From contig JBDRKP010000034.1 in the NCBI GenBank assembly GCA_043813875.1, forward strand, positions 1-31,711: a DNA stretch of 31,711 nucleotides, written 5' to 3'. The stretch comes from an archaeon. GTDB taxonomy: Archaea > EX4484-52 > B79-G9. The position numbers were made by a program, and so were the translations under genes. The notes beneath the pieces are model-generated. The model saw only the letters and a list, made by a program, of their open reading frames with translations. It was not told the origin of the DNA and did not search any database. Shown one piece after another: positions 9,973 to 19,857 of the stretch. Numbering within the stretch: position 1 is the stretch's first letter; the number at the start of each line of letters is the position of its first letter.

Positions 9973-9995
9973 AGAGGCTTAAAGCCTCTTTTTTT
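9973..9995 (+). terminator. Hairpin + T-tract terminator after the thermosome gene
   Basis: AGAGGCT-taa-AGCCTCT followed by a T run and further T-rich sequence. Confidence 0.7.
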
Positions 9996-10187
9996 CTATT
10001 TTTCTATTTTTTATTGTACGTGAAGTATACAGATTCACTAAAAAATCTCCTTAAACTATCCCTTCTTATTATGGACACCCTGTTTTTGTTTACTCTGACA
10101 CTCCTTAGTTACCCTCAAAAACACTCTCGCCATCTCACCATAACTTATATATACTCCTTCATACCATAATCTAAATGAATAAAACGA

Positions 10188-10745
10188 ATGGGTGAATATA
10201 ATATGGATTCTCGCGAAATTGAACTCCCCTCTGAAAAAGACGATTATGAAATAATTCCTGTGACCCCTCTAAGGCGCATTGAAAAGAGGTTGGAAGCGAT
10301 AGAGACCTCAAAATCCATCAACAGTCTTGAAAAATTCATCGACAAAGTCATCGGTATGGTGGAGATGAACCAGAAAATCGTAGATGAAGTAGTACGAGCA
10401 AATCAGGGCTTAAGAGAAGACATATCTATACTTATCTCAAAGATAGATGCTTCTCAGACCAAGATGGCTGAGTTCGTGGACATAATAAAAGAAGCAGGAG
10501 AACAGGAAACCGGCGAAAATATCTCAAAGGAAATGATTGAGACCGTTGTTAATCCCTTGCTTGAAAAGATGGAAAATGCGTCCAATAAGACTGCCGAGAC
10601 CAACACTCAGATGGTGGAGACATTGTCATCCATAGAAAAAAGACTCAAGACAATGCAATTAGGTGGTCAGGGCACTCAAGGGAATGCTGCAACAAGCATT
10701 CTCCAAAGAAGGCGTTTCCCTCCACAGGCACCCCCGCCGCTTTAA
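10188..10745 (+). CDS. Hypothetical coiled-coil protein with proline-rich C-terminus
   Basis: Heptad-like amphipathic helices after DDYEIIPVTPLRRIEKRLE; ends RRRFPPQAPPPL; start may be 10203. Confidence 0.8.
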   Translation: MGEYNMDSREIELPSEKDDYEIIPVTPLRRIEKRLEAIETSKSINSLEKFIDKVIGMVEMNQKIVDEVVRANQGLREDISILISKIDASQTKMAEFVDIIKEAGEQETGENISKEMIETVVNPLLEKMENASNKTAETNTQMVETLSSIEKRLKTMQLGGQGTQGNAATSILQRRRFPPQAPPPL

Positions 10746-10774
10746 TCACATGCAAATTCACATGAACTGGTGTA

Positions 10775-11005
10775 ATGATGAAATTAGGACCAAAAAACAT
10801 AGAATTGTTCTTTGTCGCAGGATTAGTATTGCTGACTGTTATAGAATTTCTGCTCCTGTCTGCAGGAATCATATCCAATCAATTGCTGCTTACGCTTCTT
10901 AACATGAGCATCATCATGGTTGTCGGCGGGGAAATAATAATATGTATAATCTTGCTGAGAATCTACGACAAACTTGCAGATATTTCTGCAAAGAAACTCC
11001 GCTGA
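10775..11005 (+). CDS. Small two-TM membrane protein
   Basis: Two hydrophobic helices and a basic tail; 29 nt downstream of the previous gene. Confidence 0.7.
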   Translation: MMKLGPKNIELFFVAGLVLLTVIEFLLLSAGIISNQLLLTLLNMSIIMVVGGEIIICIILLRIYDKLADISAKKLR

Positions 11006-11077
11006 AGCAATATATAAAAAACTTTGCACATATATTTTTCTATTCAGTATTCAATAAAAAATAAAGAGGTAATTCTT

Positions 11078-11467
11078 ATGGCTGTAGAACAGGTTGAAGC
11101 TAAACATTTCAAGAAAGGGGGCTACATCATGATTGATGATGTGCCGTGCCGTGTCGTGGACAATGCGAAATCCGCGCCAGGAAAACACGGTCACCTAAAA
11201 TGCAAGATTGAGGCGATCGGTGTCATAGACAACAAGAAAAGAATGCTCATGAAGCCCGGTGACGCAAAGATACCCAGTCCTATAATTGACAAGCGCCAGG
11301 GTCAGGTCGTATCCGTCACAGGAGACCATGTGCAGTTGATGGACATGGATACCTACGAGATGTTTGAGACAGTGATTCCCGACGAGCTAAAAGGAAGCGT
11401 CACAGACGGAAAGGAAGTAGAATACTGGGCAATAGAAGGCGTAAAATCAATAATGAGCGTCAAATAG
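11078..11467 (+). CDS. eif5a: Translation factor aIF5A (eIF5A)
   Basis: Hypusination loop PGKHGH, IDDVPC, VQLMDMDTYE; SD gaggt upstream of ATG 11078. Confidence 0.96.
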   Translation: MAVEQVEAKHFKKGGYIMIDDVPCRVVDNAKSAPGKHGHLKCKIEAIGVIDNKKRMLMKPGDAKIPSPIIDKRQGQVVSVTGDHVQLMDMDTYEMFETVIPDELKGSVTDGKEVEYWAIEGVKSIMSVK

Positions 11468-12584
11468 CTCGCTTCTTTATCGCCTCGACAATAGTACCGA
11501 TCGGCGCATCAGTCCTTATTTTAAGCCCGCCGAAAATACTTTTGGATGCTTTATAGCCTGATTCTTTCAATCTATTTATAATCGTATCTCTCTTCATCGT
11601 ATCTATCTTATTCCTGCTGCATATCTCGTGGATGTCGTAAAGCATGGCATCGACCTTAGACTCTTCTTTTAGTATCTCGATAAATTTTTCCATAATTGAA
11701 TCAGCAGATTCGATTTTATCGACAAGATCCGCATCATAAAGGTTGCCGGTATAAAGCGGTCCTGCATAATCATATTCCTCGCCGCACCCGCATCTGCCGC
11801 AATTATGGTGGGAATATTCCATCCTGCCGCAATTGTGGCAGTAAAGAAGAAACCCTACCTCATCAAGCATCTTGTCCGCAAAGCTCCTGCTCTTCTTCAC
11901 CGCCCCGAATATCCGGTAATAATGCTGTGACGAAAAACAAAGCAGCGGCATGAATCCCTTATCATGCTTCGAAAGTGTCCTGATTATATGTCCTGCAAGT
12001 ATGCGCACCCCTGTCTCATGCATGATATCTGTCTTGATCGGCTTCGCCCCATATCTTCTGAGACACGTCTTCGGATACGTCCCCGCAAGAGGCCCAAGAT
12101 CCGTCGCAGTGACTCCCAAAAAGCCGCCATGCCGGACAGCCCTTCCCGCATTATCAATAAACGGAGCCGGCGACCCGAAAGGGTCGATATCTATGAAATT
12201 GAACTTATTCTTATTCAAAGAAAGCAGCACATTGCTATCCATCTTTTCAATGACTGCATTCTTCACTTTATTGATGTCCAGATTCCTTTTAATAATCTCG
12301 ACCGCAGTCGGATTAAGATCATTGAGAATTGCAAGCTCTATATCAGGCACTTCAAGCATATACCTTATGCCTCTTACCCCCGACCCCGAAAGGACATCAC
12401 AGATGACCATCTTCTCAGTAGTCATCTTCCGGAACACCCGAAGGCACGCGACAGATATATCCCTGTTGAACTTCATCTCCGGATTGAAAAAGACCGCATC
12501 CTTCTTTGTCATTTTCCCTTCGATGATCTCTACGTTGGCTTTTCCTTCAGTGACTATCTTTGTTTCCCTGTCCATATTGTCCAT
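11460..12584 (-). CDS. trm1: tRNA (guanine26-N2)-dimethyltransferase
   Basis: VFFNPEMKFNRD, DVLSGSGVRGIR, DIDPFGSP, VTATD, ETGVRIL, Cys-rich Zn knuckle, AGPLY. Confidence 0.96.
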   Translation of the reverse strand: MDNMDRETKIVTEGKANVEIIEGKMTKKDAVFFNPEMKFNRDISVACLRVFRKMTTEKMVICDVLSGSGVRGIRYMLEVPDIELAILNDLNPTAVEIIKRNLDINKVKNAVIEKMDSNVLLSLNKNKFNFIDIDPFGSPAPFIDNAGRAVRHGGFLGVTATDLGPLAGTYPKTCLRRYGAKPIKTDIMHETGVRILAGHIIRTLSKHDKGFMPLLCFSSQHYYRIFGAVKKSRSFADKMLDEVGFLLYCHNCGRMEYSHHNCGRCGCGEEYDYAGPLYTGNLYDADLVDKIESADSIMEKFIEILKEESKVDAMLYDIHEICSRNKIDTMKRDTIINRLKESGYKASKSIFGGLKIRTDAPIGTIVEAIKKRAI

Positions 12585-12679
12585 ATTGTATTATAGAATG
12601 CGATAATTTAATATATATATTTCAGCGCCATAGGTTCTCTGCCTATACTTTTTTAAAAAACCTCCTCCAAACAATCCTT

Positions 12680-13879
12680 ATGAAAACTAAATCTCCCGAA
12701 CTCCTCCTCCCCGTAAAAGATTTCTCTGGCCTCAAGGCAGCGCTTCCCTACGCAGACGCAGTCTACTTCGGCGCAAAAGAACTCACCATGCGCGCCCGCA
12801 AAGGCTTCACACTTGGCGAAATAAAAAAAGTCTCTAAAATCGCCCACGAAAACAACATAAAAGCATACCTGGCCGTAAACACCGTGATCTACGAAAACGA
12901 CTTTAAAAAGATGGAAAAGATAATCACGACTGCGCACTCATCAGAGATCGACGCCCTCATAACCTGGGATCCGGCAGCGATAGACTTCGCACGATCAATA
13001 AAGATACCCTTCCACATATCGACCCAGGCAAACATCTCAAACAGCAGGACAGCGCAATTCTATAAAAATCAGGGCGCAACCCGCCTCGTCCTCGCCCGCG
13101 AACTATCCTTAAAGCAGATATCTTCCATAAAAAAGAAAGCAGGCATAGAGCTAGAGACCTTCATCCATGGCGCCATGTGCGTCTCGATATCCGGCCGTTG
13201 CTACCTGTCATCCTATCTTTACGGCCAGTCCGCCAACTGCGGAAAATGCATACAGCCCTGCCGGAAGCCATGGACCTTGATAGACGACGAGAACAACAAG
13301 CTTGTCTGCGAGGGAAAATACCTCCTCAACCCCAAAGACCTCTGCATGATAGAACACATCCCCGAACTCATCAAAGCAAAAATAGACTCATTCAAGGTCG
13401 AAGGCCGATTGAGATCCAGTGACTACGTCGAGACAGTAGGCAGATGCTACCGCAAAGCAATCGATTCCTATATGAGCGGCGAGTACACTTTAGACTTGGC
13501 ACAGGACCTCAAAAAGGACCTTCAAAAAGTATACAATCGCGGCTTCTCGACTGGGTTCTATTTCAAAAAGCCCGGCCGCAGCGATTTCAGCTACGACGCA
13601 TCCGACTCACAGGCCACACGCACCCGAAAACAGATAGGCATAGTCACAAACTACTATCCCCGCGCCGGCGTCGCAGCCATCCGCCTGGTGGGAGGCCCTC
13701 TGAAACTGGGCGATGAGATAACAATCGAAGGCAAAACAACCTACATTCACCAGTTGGTAGACTCCCTTGAAGCTGGAGCAAAAAGATTAGAATCCGCAGA
13801 AAACAACTCCCACGTGGGCATGAAAGTAGAAAAGAAAGTCCGAAGAAACGACTGGTTGTACCTCATAACAGAAAAGTGA
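12680..13879 (+). CDS. U32 'peptidase' family Fe-S protein (TrhP/RlhA-like hydroxylase)
   Basis: ADAVYFG, HISTQANISN, RLVLAREL, HGAMC-x6-C-x15-C-x3-C, LNPKDLC, SFKVEGR; start ATG 12680 (MKTKSPELL). Confidence 0.93.
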   Translation: MKTKSPELLLPVKDFSGLKAALPYADAVYFGAKELTMRARKGFTLGEIKKVSKIAHENNIKAYLAVNTVIYENDFKKMEKIITTAHSSEIDALITWDPAAIDFARSIKIPFHISTQANISNSRTAQFYKNQGATRLVLARELSLKQISSIKKKAGIELETFIHGAMCVSISGRCYLSSYLYGQSANCGKCIQPCRKPWTLIDDENNKLVCEGKYLLNPKDLCMIEHIPELIKAKIDSFKVEGRLRSSDYVETVGRCYRKAIDSYMSGEYTLDLAQDLKKDLQKVYNRGFSTGFYFKKPGRSDFSYDASDSQATRTRKQIGIVTNYYPRAGVAAIRLVGGPLKLGDEITIEGKTTYIHQLVDSLEAGAKRLESAENNSHVGMKVEKKVRRNDWLYLITEK

Positions 13880-14113
13880 TTGAGTTTTTATCCATTTTAT
13901 CGGGAAATCGTGGGACAGACTTGAAATAAACCTGGAGCACTACCCTTATTTTAAAACCAGGTTTTTGAATAACACCCTTCTGCAAATGTTCAAAAAACAA
14001 TATCTCTTATGCATTTCCTTCCAAAGGATGTATTGTTCCGCCCTCAAATATTCCAACTAAGAACTAGACTCTTTTCAAAACCTTGTTTTATATGCTAGAA
14101 TCTGCCAAAAAAC

Positions 14114-14923
14114 TCATGCGTGTTTCCACACAAGATTAAAAATCGGTTTAGCGAATTTCTCGGAAAAGTGATCAGATGACGTCCAGAACGAAACATCCTG
14201 GGAAGAATGAGTAGTCTTATCATCAGTAAGCGCTATCACGACTTCCGTCTCATCGGAAAGGAACATCCTTCCGTCCGGAATCTGCGCTTTATCACTTGCT
14301 GAAAGCTCTTTGATCTTCACGACAGCGCCAAGTGCTTTAGCAGCCTCGCGATTTTCGTCAGTTACAGGAGCAGCAATCCTTATCTTTACGCCCTTGTCAA
14401 TAGCCGACTGGATAAGCCCTGAATGCTGCGTATAAAGCTCCTTTAATCCGTTAGCTGTTGTGATTATATCTACGCTCTTGGTTGCGTTCTTAAGCATAGT
14501 CTCAACCTGCTGGTGCAGAGCATATCTTCCTTTCAATGCCCCTGAAAGATCCGCAGAATCGACAAGAGAAACACCTGCAGAATAAAGCAGTGCAAGCTCA
14601 TCCAATGCCGGGCTCGTCTTGAACTGATCGATTCTCTCGACACCGACATCCATTTTTTCCCTCAGGCGGTTCTTGGCTCTCTCCATTGCTTCGGCAGGTG
14701 CTATAGCGACATATCGGAGCGGCTTTGAGTGCTGGACAACTACATATCCTTTATCGGCAAGTGACTCTAAAACATCATAAGATCTTGACCTTGGCACAGT
14801 TGCCATCTCGGACAATTCGCCTGCAGTAGAAGTCCCTCTTGCAAGCAGTGATGCGTATAATTTTCTCTCGTATAGGTTCAGTCCTATACTTTTTAATGCG
14901 TCAAGTGTTTGTTGACTTATCAT
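14114..14923 (-). CDS. trmB: TrmB-family transcriptional regulator
   Basis: IGLNLYERKLY...STAGELSEMATVPRSRSYDVLESLADKG HTH; C-terminal effector-domain-like region; SD aggtga. Confidence 0.93.
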   Translation of the reverse strand: MISQQTLDALKSIGLNLYERKLYASLLARGTSTAGELSEMATVPRSRSYDVLESLADKGYVVVQHSKPLRYVAIAPAEAMERAKNRLREKMDVGVERIDQFKTSPALDELALLYSAGVSLVDSADLSGALKGRYALHQQVETMLKNATKSVDIITTANGLKELYTQHSGLIQSAIDKGVKIRIAAPVTDENREAAKALGAVVKIKELSASDKAQIPDGRMFLSDETEVVIALTDDKTTHSSQDVSFWTSSDHFSEKFAKPIFNLVWKHA

Positions 14924-15003
14924 TATTAGTCACCTACCAGATTATAATTTTTTAGCCGGGCCGTTTATCCTTAAACAGTTATTATCATTATAGTTCTCAT
15001 ATG

Positions 15004-15026
15004 TTTATATAATTTACTCATGAGTT
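15004..15026 (-). promoter_or_regulatory. trmB TATA box with adjacent palindrome ACTCATGAGT (candidate operator)
   Basis: Minus strand reads TAACTCATGAGTAAATTATATAAA; the 10-bp perfect palindrome 15016-15025 overlaps the BRE position. Confidence 0.5.
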
Positions 15027-15120
15027 AATAATCCTTGTTGTTGCTTTCATATCATTATAACTAGTTTATATGATGATAGTTTTATAAATCTTATTAATTC
15101 ATTATCAACTAGTAACAAAT

Positions 15121-17097
15121 TTAGTTTCTGCCTCTCTGCCTCCTAAAAAGCTCTTCAACTCTAAAAAGGCTGTCCGCTTCCTCGGGCCCTCTGTCATCAC
15201 GTACCTTATTCATGCGCGGAAATCGTAACGCATATCCCGACGAATAATTCGGCGATTTCTGTATCTCTTCATAAGCGACCTCGAGAACAAGAAACGGCGC
15301 AATATCGGCGACATTTTTCTTCTCCCTGAGAATATGCTCTCGAAGCATTTCCGTCAGCTCATCAAAACTCATCCCAGCATCTTGCTTTTCCTTTATGCCT
15401 GTGCCCATCTTCCCGATAGTCAGAAAACTGCCTGTCTCTTCATCCCTGCACGCCAGCATGAAACTCGAAAGCCATCCCGACCTTTTGCCCTTTCCCCACT
15501 CAGCTCCGACAATGACAAGATCAAGTGTCTCCATGATCGGCTTCAGTTTGATCATATGGCCCACCCTGGATCCCGGCTTATACGGGCCTTCAATATTCTT
15601 GAACATCAGTCCCTCGTTGCCTAGAGTTAGCGACTCCTTATAGAATTCATCAGCGACTTTAGGATCATCCGTGATCTTCTGCTTGGCGATGACAAGCTTA
15701 TTATCTATCTCTCTGACAACCGATTTCAATATCCCTCTTCTCTCAAGGAACGGCCTTTTAAGGAGCATCTTCCCGTCAAGATAGAGTATATCAAAAAGAT
15801 TCACGACAACCGGTATTTTATCTGCTGTTTTTGTGATGTCGTATTTTCTTCTTATCCTTTTTGAGACTTTCTGGAACGGCAGCATTTTCCCTGTCTCAGT
15901 ATCAAGACCCACCGTCTCGCCCTCGATGATGCATTCCTTTGCAAGAATCCCCTCTTTCACAGAAGACACGACATCCGGGAACTGGTCAGTGACATTTTCA
16001 AGCCGTCTGGTATATATCCTGACCTCGTCACCCTTTTTATGTATCTGCATCCTGAATCCGTCATACTTGTATTCAAGGGCGGCCGGTTTTCCCACAACCA
16101 AAAACGCTTCATCGATAGTCTCGGCCTTCTGTGCAAGCATGACGCGAAGCGGCTTCATGACCTCTATCTTGAGCGATGAAAGCCCTCTTTCGCCATATTC
16201 TTCTGCCATTTTCGCGACGATTCCGAAGTCATTGGAAATCTCATAAGCTTCCTCAACCGCATCGACAATCGATTTTTTCAGCCTGCTGCCCGTCTCCTGG
16301 TCATCGACAAATATATAATCGAACGCCTGCTCTTTCTTGAAAAACGATCTCATGCAGGTGATGTCTTCTATTTTTCTGACATGGACTGTGTTTTTATTCA
16401 AAAAATTATCCATGATCTTCCCGTCACTCGACTTGAGATAATCCATGATCTTGTCTTCTGCGATGATGGTTTTTCCGCTTATCTTGCCAAGCATCTTTTC
16501 AAATCTCCTGCCCTTTCCGCTTTTTTGGATAAGCGTAGCCCTCCAGTATACATCCGCAAAAAACGCTTTAGCGATAGCATCCCTGACGATGCCTTCAGCG
16601 ACACCGACCCTTAAATCACCAAGGACCGTCCTCACGATGAATCTCGCCTCGATCGGCTTTGCAGAGCTAAGCAATTCAGCGATCAGCACAAGCTTTTTAT
16701 CCTGTGACTTAACGCCTTCAGCCATCGCGATTTTCCGGAGGTTGGAATACACCTTAGAGACGAGGAGTGATTTCTCAAAAAGCGACCTCTGTTTCTTGTT
16801 TTTCGAAAGCTCCTCGACGACAGTGCCAAGATCCCCTGTATCTTTCCATTTTTCGACAATCTCATCTTCCCTGATGCCATACGCCTTTGAGATCGCTTTT
16901 ATCATCAGGTTAGACGCGATCCCGATGACTTCCTCGCTCCATGACGGGAAAGCGCGCCCCATAAGAAGCTGCGCAATCTGCTCTATATCATCCGCCCTAG
17001 TCTTCTCAAACAAGACAGAGACTATCCTTGTCTTCTCGGTCTTTAAGCTAGTCTCTTCAAGCATCTTATAGTACTCGGCAAGTGTGCTATATTCCAT
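15121..17097 (-). CDS. lig: ATP-dependent DNA ligase with a ~95-aa insertion
   Basis: EYKYDGFR adenylation motif, EGETV, FDILY, EGLMFK, KLKP, LRFPR; start ATG 17097 (MEYSTL). Confidence 0.96.
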   Translation of the reverse strand: MEYSTLAEYYKMLEETSLKTEKTRIVSVLFEKTRADDIEQIAQLLMGRAFPSWSEEVIGIASNLMIKAISKAYGIREDEIVEKWKDTGDLGTVVEELSKNKKQRSLFEKSLLVSKVYSNLRKIAMAEGVKSQDKKLVLIAELLSSAKPIEARFIVRTVLGDLRVGVAEGIVRDAIAKAFFADVYWRATLIQKSGKGRRFEKMLGKISGKTIIAEDKIMDYLKSSDGKIMDNFLNKNTVHVRKIEDITCMRSFFKKEQAFDYIFVDDQETGSRLKKSIVDAVEEAYEISNDFGIVAKMAEEYGERGLSSLKIEVMKPLRVMLAQKAETIDEAFLVVGKPAALEYKYDGFRMQIHKKGDEVRIYTRRLENVTDQFPDVVSSVKEGILAKECIIEGETVGLDTETGKMLPFQKVSKRIRRKYDITKTADKIPVVVNLFDILYLDGKMLLKRPFLERRGILKSVVREIDNKLVIAKQKITDDPKVADEFYKESLTLGNEGLMFKNIEGPYKPGSRVGHMIKLKPIMETLDLVIVGAEWGKGKRSGWLSSFMLACRDEETGSFLTIGKMGTGIKEKQDAGMSFDELTEMLREHILREKKNVADIAPFLVLEVAYEEIQKSPNYSSGYALRFPRMNKVRDDRGPEEADSLFRVEELFRRQRGRN

Positions 17098-17185
17098 GAT
17101 TATATTCTGGTAATGAAATTTAATTAAGGTGATATCCACAGATAATCAAAGCTTTTATAAACATGATATTCTCTATTATAGTCCC

Positions 17186-18538
17186 ATGGGGAACTATGAA
17201 TCACTTGCGATTCTTCTATTCATTGCGCTCGCAGTCTACATCTTCGACAGGAAAAATTTCAGGCGCGAAGGCATACTTTTCTTAAGAAGGACACAAAGAG
17301 GGCTCGACATAATAGATTCGATCGCAAAAAAACACCCGAAGCTGATAACCTTCTTGGCAGACGCAGGCATCGTGTTCTCGTTCGGTCTTTTGGGCTTGAG
17401 ATACCTTTTCATAGAAAAAAAGACCGGCAGCTTCAACAGGATACGCCATTATGCGTCATATTTTCTACTGTCTTCGTTATTCATTTACAGTATATACGGC
17501 ATATTTTTCGTCGGCATAATAGACGCATTCAAGATACCGGTCATATATTCCGGACCGGTCTTATCTCTCCTCATGGCCTTCACGTTCCTTTTCGGGGTAT
17601 CTGGCTATGGCTTCATGACCCTGTTCTTTGGTGCAGTCGGCATATTATTATCATCCGTGACAGGCGCCGTTGTAGAATCATCAATAAAGCTGGTTCTGCC
17701 GGTAGAGGTATCAGCAGATTCGGATCTGCCGATATTTTCAGTCCCGATTGCCGAATGGCTCATCTCGATACTCTTTATTCTCGTGGTCCATGAGTTTTCC
17801 CACGCCATCGTTGCCCGAAAAGAAGGCATAAGGGTCAAATCCCTCGGCTACGGCTTCTTCGGTCCCATGCCTCTCGGCTTCGCGGAACCAGATGAAAAAG
17901 AGATCAAGAAATCAAGCTCCCTCACAAAGACACGGATATTCGGCGCCGGCTCATTTTCAAACATCCTCGCAGCATCTCTCATTCTTCTGCTTTATTTCGG
18001 AACAATGACTCTCGGTATATTCTCAGGATCAGTCCCGCTTGTTGACGAAGGCGTCTACATCAGGGCTGTGAATTCGACGATGCCTGCCGGAATCCTGCCA
18101 GTCGGCGGCATCATAACCGAAGTGGACGGCATAAATACGACGAATGTCTCAGAATTTGTAGCGGTCATGAACACCAAAGGCCCGGATGACAACCTGACAC
18201 TCATCGTTGACGGAAAAGAATACCAGCTCACGCTTGTAGAAGACCCACAAAACAAGACCCAGGGCAAGATGGGCATTGTCGTCACGCAGAACCGGACTAT
18301 GGGCCCCATTGGCTTCTTTGCAAGCCTGGTAAACTGGCTGGTCTTATTGAACATCGGCATAGCGCTGGCAAACCTCTTTCCCCTGCGCCCCCTTGACGGC
18401 GGCCTCATGCTTGAAGAAGTTTTGATAGGCGCCGGCATAAAAAACAGGAAAGAAGCGGCACAGACGATTTCGAAGATGACGCTCGCTCTCCTCCTCGTAA
18501 GCCTCCTCGCGCCCTGGCTTTTGAGCATGTTCGCATGA
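17186..18538 (+). CDS. Site-2 intramembrane zinc metalloprotease (M50) with PDZ domain
   Basis: HEFSH, FAEPDE, GAGSFSN, PDZ-like IITEVDG, NLFPLRPLDGG; TATA ttttataaa about 25 nt upstream of ATG 17186. Confidence 0.95.
   Translation: MGNYESLAILLFIALAVYIFDRKNFRREGILFLRRTQRGLDIIDSIAKKHPKLITFLADAGIVFSFGLLGLRYLFIEKKTGSFNRIRHYASYFLLSSLFIYSIYGIFFVGIIDAFKIPVIYSGPVLSLLMAFTFLFGVSGYGFMTLFFGAVGILLSSVTGAVVESSIKLVLPVEVSADSDLPIFSVPIAEWLISILFILVVHEFSHAIVARKEGIRVKSLGYGFFGPMPLGFAEPDEKEIKKSSSLTKTRIFGAGSFSNILAASLILLLYFGTMTLGIFSGSVPLVDEGVYIRAVNSTMPAGILPVGGIITEVDGINTTNVSEFVAVMNTKGPDDNLTLIVDGKEYQLTLVEDPQNKTQGKMGIVVTQNRTMGPIGFFASLVNWLVLLNIGIALANLFPLRPLDGGLMLEEVLIGAGIKNRKEAAQTISKMTLALLLVSLLAPWLLSMFA
18473..18538 (+). 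repeat. 3' end of the S2P gene, direct repeat copy A
   Basis: 58/66 nt identical to 19858-19923; the first 32 nt are identical. Confidence 0.95.
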
Positions 18539-18762
18539 TTGCCTCTATCGTTTGTTTGGATGATTCACATAAGCTCATGTTATTGATTTCTCATCCTTTT
18601 CAATAATTTTTCAATATTGTTTATTGTCCGCATCCGCTCACTACACAACAGATTCAGCGGCATCTCTGGCAACACATCTGATTTAGTTCCAGAATAGCCG
18701 TAATGACCGAAAGCTTTAAATATATTGACCATCAATAAGTAACAACAACTTAGGGCGGTGTT

Positions 18763-19461
18763 ATGATGAGTAAAAAACGGAAAAATAGCCTTAAACAATT
18801 TCTTAAAACTAAACACCCTGGATGGGGAAGTCACGGTGATGCAAGAACTCATGAGGTACCGAAAGTTGAGAGTCTCGTTCCTCCGGAGAATACGGCAAAT
18901 GAATCATCTCCTGATGGATATTTATTGGGCACTGTTCCAGGATTCGAAGATGCTATTTATGCAGCACGTGAAAATACTCATTTTGATCCGTTTGACAATT
19001 CAGGTCATCTCGGACCTATCTGCGAACAGTCATGGTATGGGGATTTGCTTGGTAAGCTGAAAGATAATAGTTTGTCCGGAATGATGGAATTACCTCTTGG
19101 TTCCCTTACAAAAAAACAGACCAAGTCTGACGTAATAGTTTATGTTATTGGTCGTTTTAAAGACGCAGATAAGCCGGAAAGAGATTTTCTTCTCACAGTA
19201 TATGACCCGAGTCAAAATAAGCATTATGACGGATTTATCGACTTTGGCTCAATAATAAAAGAAAGACCAAAAAAGAGCATGTGCCCTGAGAATGTATCTG
19301 ACGCCATTAAATCTCATGCGGCGGCAGTAATGCAAACAAAATATAATTGTGCGGTGCCTATCCTCTCAAAAGAAATATATGGTAATATTATAAAGTATTG
19401 TGAGAATAATAAAATCCCCTACACATGCTTTTTCCTGCATCAGGACCCACAAAGGAAATAG
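18763..19461 (+). CDS. Hypothetical protein (orphan)
   Basis: 232-aa ORF with ATG start and upstream TATA-like tttaaata; AT-richer codons; no family recognised. Confidence 0.65.
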   Translation: MMSKKRKNSLKQFLKTKHPGWGSHGDARTHEVPKVESLVPPENTANESSPDGYLLGTVPGFEDAIYAARENTHFDPFDNSGHLGPICEQSWYGDLLGKLKDNSLSGMMELPLGSLTKKQTKSDVIVYVIGRFKDADKPERDFLLTVYDPSQNKHYDGFIDFGSIIKERPKKSMCPENVSDAIKSHAAAVMQTKYNCAVPILSKEIYGNIIKYCENNKIPYTCFFLHQDPQRK

Positions 19462-19558
19462 CTCTCGTACCCGCTCATTAGGACACATGAGCCAACTCTG
19501 TACTGCGCTTCATTATCCTGCAAAAACCGATTTAAAGTTATCTCTTTGAATCAATCAT

Positions 19559-19834
19559 ATGACAGAGATAGCCGATTATATCAGGCTGGTAGGAGCCATA
19601 TACAATAGCCGCTTGCGCGATTACACCAGTATGAACTCGGTATTGCCCTATTCCTGTGATGGCCCGTGCGCTGATGCCTGCTCTGCCCATGACAATTATG
19701 CCCTTGATCTTCCGGCAGGATTCAGGGATTATTCATTAGAATATAGGAAAGGTTATGATATCTTATTAAAAAAAGCCATCCCCTCAGGACATGAAAATCT
19801 CATTTTGACCGGTGCGACCATGATTGCGCGATGA
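19559..19834 (+). CDS. Small hypothetical protein with a C-x3-C-x3-C motif
   Basis: 91-aa ORF; SCDGPCADACS; TATA-like tttaaag about 25 nt upstream. Confidence 0.55.
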   Translation: MTEIADYIRLVGAIYNSRLRDYTSMNSVLPYSCDGPCADACSAHDNYALDLPAGFRDYSLEYRKGYDILLKKAIPSGHENLILTGATMIAR

Positions 19835-19857
19835 GAGATTGCAGGAAAACTGGTTTC

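Noticed and set aside
16270..16557. Intein in DNA ligase
   Set aside because: No N-terminal C/S block, no C-terminal HN-C/S/T and no LAGLIDADG motif.
18580..18852. 90-aa minus-strand ORF
   Set aside because: It overlaps the start and promoter of the 18763 ORF and has no protein-like features.
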